This document shows, one piece after another, positions 1-7,921 of a DNA stretch of 39,916 nt. Source of the DNA: Candidatus Micrarchaeota archaeon (GTDB taxonomy: Archaea; Iainarchaeota; Iainarchaeia; Iainarchaeales; 1-14-0-10-31-34); assembly GCA_018829335.1 (NCBI GenBank), contig JAHJUD010000054.1:1-39916 (forward strand), given 5' to 3'. A model generated the notes under the pieces. That model was not told the DNA's origin and did no database searches. It was given only the letters and a program-made list of their open reading frames with translations. The first letter of the stretch is position 1. Each line of letters begins with the position of its first letter. Both the position numbers and the translations under genes were made by a program.

Positions 1-1
1 A

Positions 2-103
2 AAAGGATTTGAAAGAGCAGGAATAAAAAAAGCTTTTTCTGTGGGCGGGGCTTTAGGGTACAGGGCATCAGAAATTAACAGGCTGATAAACAAAATGATT
101 TAG
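2..103 (+). CDS. rpl30: 50S ribosomal protein uL30 (L30p), C-terminal fragment (5'-partial)
   Basis: Manual translation [45 protein letters not shown] is the archaeal L30p C-terminus; precedes uL15-secY. Confidence 0.92.
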   Translation, partial: KGFERAGIKKAFSVGGALGYRASEINRLINKMI

Positions 104-112
104 GGTGTTTGA

Positions 113-526
113 ATGGTTGTAAGAAGAAGAAAAAAAACAAACAAATTAAGAGGAAAAAGACATCATGGAAAAGGAAACACAAAAAACAGAAGAGGATCAG
201 GAATAAGAGGAGGAGTAGGAAAAGCCGGAAGCCACAAACACAAGTACAGTAAATATTACACTGAATTCGGAATAAAAATCAGGTTAAAACCCAAAGACAA
301 AGGAGACAACATTAACATCTCTGAACTGGAAAACTACCTGGAAAAAAAACTGAAAAAAGAGCTTGTTGCAAAAAACAACGAAGTTTTTGTTGTAGACGGA
401 AAAAAATGCGGATTGCATAAAATACTTGGAAGAGGAAACACTAAAATTAAAGTTGAAACAAAAAATGTCAAGGTCACACCAGACGCAAAAACAAAAATAG
501 AGACAGCAGGAGGAAAAACAGAATGA
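113..526 (+). CDS. rpl15: 50S ribosomal protein uL15
   Basis: LRGKRHHGKG...RGSGIRGGVGKAG, KILGRG, AKTKIETAGG motifs; between uL30 and secY. Confidence 0.96.
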   Translation: MVVRRRKKTNKLRGKRHHGKGNTKNRRGSGIRGGVGKAGSHKHKYSKYYTEFGIKIRLKPKDKGDNINISELENYLEKKLKKELVAKNNEVFVVDGKKCGLHKILGRGNTKIKVETKNVKVTPDAKTKIETAGGKTE

Positions 527-1872
527 GCATTTTGGATATAATGGAACCATTTTATAAAATGCTTCCAGAAGTAAAGGTTCCAGAAATTGCGCCTCCACTG
601 AAAAAAAGATTAATGTGGAGCGGTCTTGCATTAATTTTATTTTACATATTAGGCCAGATCACTGTAATTGGATTAAGCGCTTCATCTGCTGGAGCATTGG
701 CAAACTTGCAGGTAATTCTTGCATCAAAAATTGGCTCATTGATTACAGTAGGAATCGGCCCAATTGTACTGGCTTCAATCATACTTCAGCTTCTTGTAGG
801 CGGAAAAATACTTGACATTGATTTAAGCAACCCAAAAGACAAAGCAAGGTTTTCAGGACTACAAAAACTTTTTGCAGTAATTTTGTGTTTTTTTGAAGCA
901 GCAGTTTATACTATTTCAGGAATGCTTCAGCCTGCAGCAGGAATGTTTATTCCAATAATACTTCAAGTATCATTTGGTTCAATTATATTATTGTATTTAG
1001 ATGAAGTGGTATCAAAATACGGAATAGGTTCAGGAATAGGGTTATTTATTGCAGGGGGAGTTTCAGAAACAATTTTTTGGAGAATTTTTGCTCCAGGAAC
1101 CCCAGAAACAGGAGGAATTGCTCCAGGAATAATATGGCAGTTTATTGCATCTTTTTCAACAGGAATTGATTTCCTGTTACTGCTTCCAATTCTTTCAACT
1201 TTAATTGTGTTTTTTGTTGTAGTTTATGCAGAAGGAATGCATGTAAATATTCCAATTACAATGGGAAGAAAAGGAACCGGAGGAAGATTTCCTGTAAAGC
1301 TTTTATATGTTTCAAACATTCCTGTAATTTTAGCTGTAGCCTTGTTTGCAAACATTCAGTTATGGTCAATGATTGCACCAGGAATTCCATTAATAGGCCA
1401 GTTTATTTCTCCAATACTTAATATAGTTGCATTTTATGTGAGTTCACCTTATGGGTTAATTGAAACCCTTGCAAGAGGCGGCCTTCAGTTAGACTTGATT
1501 TTCCACGGAATAGTTTACCTGATAATTTTAGTTTTGGTTTGTGTTGTTTTTGGAAGGTTTTGGGTTGAAATGGGAGGACAAGGGCCAGAAGCAGTAAGCA
1601 ATCAGTTAAGCAATTCAGGAATGTATATTCCAGGATTCAGAAGAGACCCAAGAATTATCAGAGGAATATTAGACAGATATATCCCGCCAATAACCATTTT
1701 AGGGTCAGCTTTTGTGGGATTGCTTGCAGGATTAGCAGATTTTACTTCAGCTTTAGGTTCAGGAACAGGAATCTTACTGACAGTAGGAATAGTTTATCGT
1801 TTATATGAAGAATTAGCAAAACAACAGTTAATGGAAACAAATCCGTTAATGAAAAAATTATTTGGAGGATAA
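523..1872 (+). CDS. secY: Protein translocase subunit SecY (archaeal Sec61alpha)
   Basis: GIGPIV, LDEVVSKYGIGSGIGLFIA, KLLYVSNIPVIL, IPGFRRD, GSGTGILLTV; multiple TM segments. Confidence 0.98.
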   Translation: MSILDIMEPFYKMLPEVKVPEIAPPLKKRLMWSGLALILFYILGQITVIGLSASSAGALANLQVILASKIGSLITVGIGPIVLASIILQLLVGGKILDIDLSNPKDKARFSGLQKLFAVILCFFEAAVYTISGMLQPAAGMFIPIILQVSFGSIILLYLDEVVSKYGIGSGIGLFIAGGVSETIFWRIFAPGTPETGGIAPGIIWQFIASFSTGIDFLLLLPILSTLIVFFVVVYAEGMHVNIPITMGRKGTGGRFPVKLLYVSNIPVILAVALFANIQLWSMIAPGIPLIGQFISPILNIVAFYVSSPYGLIETLARGGLQLDLIFHGIVYLIILVLVCVVFGRFWVEMGGQGPEAVSNQLSNSGMYIPGFRRDPRIIRGILDRYIPPITILGSAFVGLLAGLADFTSALGSGTGILLTVGIVYRLYEELAKQQLMETNPLMKKLFGG

Positions 1873-1945
1873 ACAAGGTTTAAAACAATGATGTTAAAGA
1901 AAATAATAAGTGCATTAAACCTTATTTTATGCTTTTATAGGTGAA

Positions 1946-2404
1946 TTGATGGTTGTATTTAGTCCAGTAATTGATGTTGCATTGCTTGCAGTTGTAGTGG
2001 GAATAATCTCACAAATACTGCAGAGAAAATTAATGGACAAAAAAGGGCAAAAACAAAAACAAGATGCAATGAAAGAAAAGCAGAAAAAATTAAAGGAATT
2101 AATGAAACAAAACGATGAAAAAAGCAGAAAAGAAGCAGAAAAAATTAACATGGAATTAATGTCAGACATGAAGGAAATGTTCAAAGGAATGCAAAAATTC
2201 ATGCTTGCATCATTTGTGTTTATTCTTCCAATATTTTATCTTGGAGTAAGCACATACAAAGAAGAAGTTTTTGTAGTTTTTGGATGGACTGTTCCAGAGT
2301 TTATTTTCCCGCCATATATTGTATGGTATTTTATTTGCAGCATTGTTTTCAGCTTGATTTTTAATGCAGGAATGAAAGTAATAGAAAAAAGTGAAATGAA
2401 ATAA
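1946..2404 (+). CDS. DUF106 / EMC3-TMCO1 (Oxa1 superfamily, Ylp1-like) membrane insertase
   Basis: TM-coiled coil-TM-TM layout, WYFICS motif, conserved position between secY and eL34. Confidence 0.85.
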   Translation: MMVVFSPVIDVALLAVVVGIISQILQRKLMDKKGQKQKQDAMKEKQKKLKELMKQNDEKSRKEAEKINMELMSDMKEMFKGMQKFMLASFVFILPIFYLGVSTYKEEVFVVFGWTVPEFIFPPYIVWYFICSIVFSLIFNAGMKVIEKSEMK

Positions 2405-2414
2405 AAGTGATTGA

Positions 2415-2756
2415 ATGACACAACCAAAAGACAAAAACAGGAAAAAAAAATTCAGAAGAAGCGTTAAAGGAAAAAGTAAAGTATACTATGATGACGCAAA
2501 AAAAGGAAAACACAAGTGCGCTTTATGCAAGAAAGTATTGCATGGAACACCTCATTCAAAAAGCAGAGGAAAAATAACAAAATTAAGCAAAACACAAAAA
2601 AGGCCTTCAGTTCCTTTTGGCGGAATTTTATGCAGTGCATGCAGGACAAAAATAATAGATGAAGCAGTAAAAGTTTCATTAAAAGAAAAAAAAGAAGAAG
2701 ACGTTCAATTAAAAGAAAAAAATTATGTAAAGCAGATGATTGAGAGGATAAAATGA
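2415..2756 (+). CDS. rpl34e: 50S ribosomal protein eL34
   Basis: CALC...LHG...KTQKRPSVPFGGILCSAC. Confidence 0.95.
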   Translation: MTQPKDKNRKKKFRRSVKGKSKVYYDDAKKGKHKCALCKKVLHGTPHSKSRGKITKLSKTQKRPSVPFGGILCSACRTKIIDEAVKVSLKEKKEEDVQLKEKNYVKQMIERIK

Positions 2757-3265
2757 TTATAACAATAACAAGCTATCCGGGAACAGAAACAAAAGAATTA
2801 AGCAAGCTGCTTGCATTACAAGTAGGATTAAGGTATTTTTCTGCACAAGAAATAAAGAAAAGGCTTGCAGTGGAAACAAACTTCCCAATAGAAAAAATAA
2901 AAGAAGAAGAATTCACAGAAAAAATAAAGCAGATAATAGAAGGAGAAGCAAAAAAAAACGACATAATAATAGACCACACTTTAGGGGCATGGACAATAAA
3001 TAACGCTGACTTAAAAGTGTTTTTGAAGTCATACAAAAAAGTAAGGGCAAAAACAATGTCAGAAAAACAAAAAATTCCGGTAGGAGACGCTTTAGAAGAA
3101 ATTGAATTAAAAGAAAAAGAACAAGAAAAAAGCTTTCTGAACAACTATGGAATAAACATTTATGATTTACAAGTGTATGATTTGGTAATTAACATGGACA
3201 AACTAAACCAGGACAGCACAATAGGAATAATAAAAAAATATCTTGAAAAAATGCACAAAGAGTGA
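2753..3265 (+). CDS. cmk: Cytidylate kinase-like protein with degenerate Walker A
   Basis: MIITITS.PG, ADLKVFL, YGINIYDLQVYDLVIN; canonical eL34-cmk-eL14 position; P-loop reads SYPGTETK instead of GxPGSGKS/T. Confidence 0.8.
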   Translation: MIITITSYPGTETKELSKLLALQVGLRYFSAQEIKKRLAVETNFPIEKIKEEEFTEKIKQIIEGEAKKNDIIIDHTLGAWTINNADLKVFLKSYKKVRAKTMSEKQKIPVGDALEEIELKEKEQEKSFLNNYGINIYDLQVYDLVINMDKLNQDSTIGIIKKYLEKMHKE

Positions 3266-3269
3266 AAAA

Positions 3270-3446
3270 ATGGCTTTAATTGAACCAGGAAGAATATGCA
3301 TTAAAAGAAAAGGCAGAGAAACAGGAAAAAAAGTAGTTGTAACATCAGTTAAAGGAGACTATGCTTTCATTGAAGGAAAAGGAATAAAAAAAAGAAGATG
3401 CAATATAAGGCACTTGTATCCTACCCCAGAAAAAAAAAAGGTGTAA
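3270..3446 (+). CDS. rpl14e: 50S ribosomal protein eL14
   Basis: IEPGRICIKRKGRETGKKVVV...KRRCNIRHL.PT; ATG at 3270 preferred over upstream TTG. Confidence 0.93.
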   Translation: MALIEPGRICIKRKGRETGKKVVVTSVKGDYAFIEGKGIKKRRCNIRHLYPTPEKKKV

Positions 3447-3450
3447 TTAA

Positions 3451-3918
3451 ATGGCAGAATTAAGATTAATTGTAAGAATAGCAAACAAAGACTTAAACGG
3501 GAAATCTACAATACAAAAAGGATTAATGGAATTAAAAGGAATAGACCACAGAATGGGAAAAATGATTGCAAAAGCATTTGAAAAAGAAACCGGAATCAAA
3601 TGGAATTCAAAAATAGGGGAAATAACAGAAGACAAAGACAAAAAACTAGAAGAAATAGTATTTCATCCGGAAAAATTCAGCATCCCTTTATGGGCATTAA
3701 ACAAACAAAAAGAATATAATACGGGAGAAAACAAACATTTGATAATGTCTGAACTAGATTTTGATCAAAGAAACACACAGCAAAGATTAAGCAAAATAAA
3801 AAGTTACAGAGGCTTAAGAAGAAGCTGGGGATTAACCGTAAGAGGACAAAAAACAAAATCAACACACAGAGGAAAAGGACCAGTAGTAGGAGTACTCAAA
3901 AAAGACGCAAAAAAATAA
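3451..3918 (+). CDS. rps13: 30S ribosomal protein uS13
   Basis: IVRIANKDL.G, IP.WALN, SYRGLR..WGL.VRGQKTKS. Confidence 0.97.
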   Translation: MAELRLIVRIANKDLNGKSTIQKGLMELKGIDHRMGKMIAKAFEKETGIKWNSKIGEITEDKDKKLEEIVFHPEKFSIPLWALNKQKEYNTGENKHLIMSELDFDQRNTQQRLSKIKSYRGLRRSWGLTVRGQKTKSTHRGKGPVVGVLKKDAKK

Positions 3919-3935
3919 ACTTAAGGTGAATTAAA

Positions 3936-4961
3936 TTGGGAGATCCAAAAAAAACAAAAAAGAAATATGTTAAACCCAGAAGGCCATGGAATAAAACAAG
4001 ATTAGACGAAGAAAGAACAGTAAAAGAAACATACGGCCTGAAAAACAAGAAAGAGTTATGGATGCTTGAACAAAAACTGAAAAACAAAAGGCAGAATGCA
4101 AGAAAACTGCTTGCATTAGAATTAGAGCAAAGAATACAAAGAGAAAAAGAATTAGTTGACAGCCTGAAAAGAATAGGCATACTAAAAGAAAACGCTTCAT
4201 TAGATGATGTACTAGGATTAAAAATAGAGGAATTCCTTGAAAGAAGACTACAGACAATAATATGGAGAAAAGGGTTAGCTAATACGCCAAAACAGGCAAG
4301 GCAATTTATTGTTCACGGACACATAGCAATAAAAGGAAAAAAAATAACAGTCCCATCATATACTGTTAAAGCAGAAGAAGAAAACAATATTTCATATTAC
4401 GGAAAAGAAATGAAAATAAAAACAGAAAAACCAAAAACAAAAAAAGACCTGAAAAAAGAATTCGAAAAAACAAAAGAAAAAACAGAAAGCCAAGAAAAAA
4501 AAGAAGAAAAAGCAAAAGAAAAACCGGTTTCCAAAGAAGAAAAAGTGATTAAGAAAAAAGAAGAACCAAAAGAAAAAAAAGAAGAAAAGAAAACAGAAAC
4601 AAAAAAAGAAGAAACTGAAGAAAAACCCAAAAAAGAAGATTCAAAAAAAAAGCCGGAAGAAAAAAAGAAAGAAGAAATTGCTAAAGAAAATTCCGAAGAA
4701 AAAAAAGAGATTAAAAAAGAAGAATTAAAAGAAGAAAAAGAATCAAAGGAAACAAAAAAAGAAAAAACAGAGGAAAAAATCTCTGAAGAAAAGAAAGAAG
4801 ACAAAAAAATTCAAAAAGAAAAAGAAACCAAAGAAGAAAAGAAAATAGAAAATACAAAAGAAAAAAAAGAAACCTCAAAAAAAGAAGAATTAAAAGAAGA
4901 AAAAAAAGAAGAAGACACAAAAGGGAAAGCTGAAGAAGAAAAAGAAGGTGCAGAAAAATGA
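3936..4961 (+). CDS. rps4: 30S ribosomal protein uS4 with ~180-aa E/K-rich C-terminal extension
   Basis: MGDPK, YGLKNKKELW, LERRLQT, ARQFIVHGHI; TTG start after GGTGA SD. Confidence 0.96.
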   Translation: MGDPKKTKKKYVKPRRPWNKTRLDEERTVKETYGLKNKKELWMLEQKLKNKRQNARKLLALELEQRIQREKELVDSLKRIGILKENASLDDVLGLKIEEFLERRLQTIIWRKGLANTPKQARQFIVHGHIAIKGKKITVPSYTVKAEEENNISYYGKEMKIKTEKPKTKKDLKKEFEKTKEKTESQEKKEEKAKEKPVSKEEKVIKKKEEPKEKKEEKKTETKKEETEEKPKKEDSKKKPEEKKKEEIAKENSEEKKEIKKEELKEEKESKETKKEKTEEKISEEKKEDKKIQKEKETKEEKKIENTKEKKETSKKEELKEEKKEEDTKGKAEEEKEGAEK

Positions 4962-5341
4962 GTAAAAAAGGAATAATACACATTTATGCATCACATAACA
5001 ATACAATAATATTGCTTACAGATATTACAGGACAAGAAACAATAGCAAAATGTTCTGGAGGAGTAGTAGTAAAAGCACAACACAAAGAAGGCTCTCCTTA
5101 TGCAGCAATGAAAGTAGCAGAAATAGTTGCAGAAAAAGCAAGAGAAAAAGGAATCACAGAAATAATAGTTAAAGTAAGAGGTCAAGGCGGAATAAGATCA
5201 AAAAATCCAGGCCAAGGAGCAGAAGCCGCAATAAGAAGCATTACAAGAGCAGGATTAAGGATTAAAACAATAGAAAACGTTACTCCAATGCCACACAACG
5301 GCTGCAGGAAAAAAAAGAGATTTAGAGGAAAGAAAAAATAA
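4958..5341 (+). CDS. rps11: 30S ribosomal protein uS11
   Basis: HIYASHNNTI, SPYAAM, PGQGAEAAIR, VTPMPHNGCR. Confidence 0.97.
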   Translation: MSKKGIIHIYASHNNTIILLTDITGQETIAKCSGGVVVKAQHKEGSPYAAMKVAEIVAEKAREKGITEIIVKVRGQGGIRSKNPGQGAEAAIRSITRAGLRIKTIENVTPMPHNGCRKKKRFRGKKK

Positions 5342-5353
5342 AAAGGTGATTGA

Positions 5354-5926
5354 ATGGAAATAAAGCAGGTAAAAAAAGGAGACAAAACAATAAAATTCAC
5401 AATAAAAGGAACAAACCCTGCATTTGTAAACGGAATAAGAAGAGCCATTCAGACAAGCGTAAAAAACCTTGCAGTGGAAAATGTCAATGTTTATGAAAAC
5501 ACTTCAGTAATGTTCAATGAAATGTTAGCACACAGATTAGGAATGCTTCCAATACAAGTTGACGCAAAAACCTACAAAAAAAAAGACAAAGTAACATTAA
5601 TGGTTGAAAAAGACGGGCCAGGAACAGTTTACTCAAAAGACATTAAAAGCACTGACCCAAAAATAGAAGTAGTAGACAAAAAAATTCCAATAGTAAAACT
5701 TGGAAAAAATCAGAGAATAAAAATAGAAATGGATGCAGTAGTTGACTCAGGGAAAACCAACAGCAAATGGATTCCAGGAATAATGAGTTACAATTACGAT
5801 AAAGATGTTTTTACAGTAAACATTGAATCATTCGGAGGAATGGAACCAAAAGAGTTACTGGAAGAAGCAGTAACAGAAATAAAAATTAAAACAGAGGAGT
5901 TAAAAAAAGCATTAAGCAAAAAATAA
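5354..5926 (+). CDS. rpoD: DNA-directed RNA polymerase subunit Rpo3 (D), short form lacking the Fe-S domain
   Basis: FVNGIRRA, NTSVMFNEMLAHRLGMLP, GPGTVYSKD, IESFG. Confidence 0.96.
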   Translation: MEIKQVKKGDKTIKFTIKGTNPAFVNGIRRAIQTSVKNLAVENVNVYENTSVMFNEMLAHRLGMLPIQVDAKTYKKKDKVTLMVEKDGPGTVYSKDIKSTDPKIEVVDKKIPIVKLGKNQRIKIEMDAVVDSGKTNSKWIPGIMSYNYDKDVFTVNIESFGGMEPKELLEEAVTEIKIKTEELKKALSKK

Positions 5927-5962
5927 CCGCTTTAATGGGAATAAACCGGCAGAAGCGGTTTT

Positions 5963-6109
5963 GCAGGGGTACCCAAGCGGTCAACGGGGCAGGACTTAAG
6001 AAAACTTTTGAAAAAAGTTTTATCAAAAGAACAAAAAAAACTTTTTAAAAAAAGTTCGAAGAAATCCTGTGGCTTAGTGCCTTCGAGAGTTCGAATCTCT
6101 CCTCCTGCA
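5963..6109 (+). tRNA. tRNA-Leu(UAA) with 63-nt intron at position 37/38 (intron 6001-6063)
   Basis: Acceptor GCAGGGG/CTCCTGC+A73; anticodon arm CAGGA-CT-TAA-G^A-TCCTG; long variable arm GGC-TTAGT-GCC; T arm GAGAG-TTCGAAT-CTCTC; no encoded CCA. Confidence 0.93.
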
Positions 6110-6110
6110 T

Positions 6111-6204
6111 AAATGTTTCGCCGTTTAAGCACAAAGTCCAGCATAAAGCTGGACTAGCACGGTTTTATGCCGTGCACCGTGACTCGCGAGCGGAATCGCG
6201 AAAA
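6111..6204 (+). repeat. 94-nt GC-rich multi-hairpin repeat element, copy 1
   Basis: 85/94 identical to the reverse complement of 32706-32799; hairpins AGTCCAGC-ATAAA-GCTGGACT and GCACGGT-TTTAT-GCCGTGC; near-terminal TTTCGC/GCGAAA inverted repeat. Confidence 0.92.
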
Positions 6205-6216
6205 AAGTGAAAAAAA

Positions 6217-6573
6217 ATGAAAAGAACAGGACCAACAAAAGAAAAAACAAGAAAAACAATTTTCCTCTTGAAAAAAGAAGGAAAAAATAAAGATTTATGG
6301 AAAGAAGTAGCCAAAAGAATAAACGCCCCAAGAAGAAAAAGGATTAACATTAATTTATGGAAACTAGAAAAGCTTTCAGCAAAATTCCAGAATAAAACTT
6401 TTCTTGTAACCGGAAAAGTTTTAGCTAAAGGAGAAATAACAAAAGCAATAAATGTTGCTGCATTAGAGTTCTCAGAAAAAGCAAAAGAAAAAATAAACAA
6501 CGCAAAAGGAAAAACATTCAGTTTAGAAGAAGCAACGAAAATAAAAGCATCAGAATTAATGCTTGTAAAATAA
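6217..6573 (+). CDS. rpl18e: 50S ribosomal protein eL18
   Basis: LWKEVAKRI..PRRKRININL.KL, GKVLAKG, VAALEFSEKA.EKI. Confidence 0.96.
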   Translation: MKRTGPTKEKTRKTIFLLKKEGKNKDLWKEVAKRINAPRRKRININLWKLEKLSAKFQNKTFLVTGKVLAKGEITKAINVAALEFSEKAKEKINNAKGKTFSLEEATKIKASELMLVK

Positions 6574-6585
6574 AACGGTGAAAAA

Positions 6586-7005
6586 ATGATAATAAACGCA
6601 AAAGGACTTATCATGGGAAAGCTTGCATCAAAAGTAAGCGAAAAACTGCTTAAAGGAGAAAGAATAGAAATAGTTAATGCAGAACAGGTTTTGATTACAG
6701 GAACAAAAGAGTTTATTATTAAAAGATACAATAAAAAAAGAAACGCTTCAGTTAAAAGCAATCCAAGATTCGGGCCAAAATATCCTAGAAAGCCTGATGC
6801 ATTATTAAAAAAAGCAATTACAGGAATGCTTCCAAAAAAAACAAAAAGAGGAACAGAAGCTAAAAAAAGGCTTAAAATTTATATTAGAGAACCAAAAGAA
6901 CTAAACAAAGAAAAATTTGTTTCAATAAAAGAAGCCCAAAGCAAAACAAACGAAAAAACATGGAAATTAGGCGAAATAAGCAGGCTTTTAGGGGCAAAAT
7001 GGTGA
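6586..7005 (+). CDS. rpl13: 50S ribosomal protein uL13
   Basis: IINAKGLIMGKLAS.V...LL.GE, GPKYPRKPD, GMLP. Confidence 0.96.
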   Translation: MIINAKGLIMGKLASKVSEKLLKGERIEIVNAEQVLITGTKEFIIKRYNKKRNASVKSNPRFGPKYPRKPDALLKKAITGMLPKKTKRGTEAKKRLKIYIREPKELNKEKFVSIKEAQSKTNEKTWKLGEISRLLGAKW

Positions 7006-7009
7006 TTAA

Positions 7010-7708
7010 ATGACAGAAACTGAAAAAAAAGAAGAAAAAATTCCTGTAAAAGACGAATCCAAAGAAAAAACAGAAGAAAAGAAAACAGAAATTGAAGAAA
7101 AAAAGAAAGAAGAAACCCCAAAAGAAAAAGCTGAAGAAAAAAAAGACCCCAAAAAAGAAATTAAAAAAGTACACGAAGAAAAAAATAAGGAAACAGTCAA
7201 AGAAAAGAAAACAGAAAAAGAACCAAAAGAAAACAAAACAGAAGAAATTGAAGAAGAAACTGAAACAGTTTCAAAAAAAAGCAAGAAAAAGAAAGTCAAA
7301 AGAAGCAAAAAGTATGGAATGCTTGTAAAATCAAAAAAGAAAGAAGCTATTGCAAGAGCAGTAATAAAAACAGGCAAAGGAAGAATAACAGTAAACAAAA
7401 AAAACATTGAATTCCTTGAGCCAGAATACGCAAAAGAACTTATTTTTGAGCCGGTAAAGCTTGCAGGAGACACAATAAAAGAAACAGACATAAAAATAAT
7501 CGTAAAAGGCGGAGGATTTATGGGGCAAGCAGTGGCTGCAAGAAGCGTAATAGCTAAAGCAATAGTGGAATACACTAACGACAAAAAATTAAAAGAAAAA
7601 TTCATTAAATACGACAGGCTGTTAATGGTTGATGACCACAGAAGAGTTGAACCAAAAAAGCCTTTAGGAACAAAGGCAAGAAAAAAGAAGCAGAGCTCAA
7701 AGAGGTGA
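7010..7708 (+). CDS. rps9: 30S ribosomal protein uS9 with ~100-aa E/K-rich N-terminal extension
   Basis: [45 protein letters not shown]. Confidence 0.96.
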   Translation: MTETEKKEEKIPVKDESKEKTEEKKTEIEEKKKEETPKEKAEEKKDPKKEIKKVHEEKNKETVKEKKTEKEPKENKTEEIEEETETVSKKSKKKKVKRSKKYGMLVKSKKKEAIARAVIKTGKGRITVNKKNIEFLEPEYAKELIFEPVKLAGDTIKETDIKIIVKGGGFMGQAVAARSVIAKAIVEYTNDKKLKEKFIKYDRLLMVDDHRRVEPKKPLGTKARKKKQSSKR

Positions 7709-7716
7709 ATGAAAAA

Positions 7717-7911
7717 ATGATAATTCCTATAAGATGTTTTTCCTGCGGAAAAGTAGTAGGAGAATACTATGAAGAATTTGAGAAAAGGACCTCAAAAGGA
7801 GAAACAGCAGAAAAAGTATTAGATGATTTAGGCATTACAAGATACTGTTGCAGAAGAATGATTTTAAGCAACGTTGACTTAATGGATAACATAATAAAAT
7901 ACACCAGATGA
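7717..7911 (+). CDS. rpoN: DNA-directed RNA polymerase subunit Rpo10 (N)
   Basis: [12 protein letters not shown]...[14 protein letters not shown]. Confidence 0.97.
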   Translation: MIIPIRCFSCGKVVGEYYEEFEKRTSKGETAEKVLDDLGITRYCCRRMILSNVDLMDNIIKYTR

Positions 7912-7921
7912 GGAGAAAAAA

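Noticed and set aside
4397-4983. F/S/L-rich antisense ORFs (also 7006-7605, 20479-21003, 20921-21340 and many others)
   Set aside because: These are shadows of GAA/AAA-rich sense genes; the T/C-rich antisense strand rarely contains stops.
5932-6331. Minus-strand ORFs across the tRNA and the repeat
   Set aside because: Explained by tRNA-Leu, its intron, the 94-nt element and eL18.
7092-7328. Lys-rich +1 frame ORF inside uS9
   Set aside because: Alternative-frame reading of the poly-purine extension with no independent SD or family signal.
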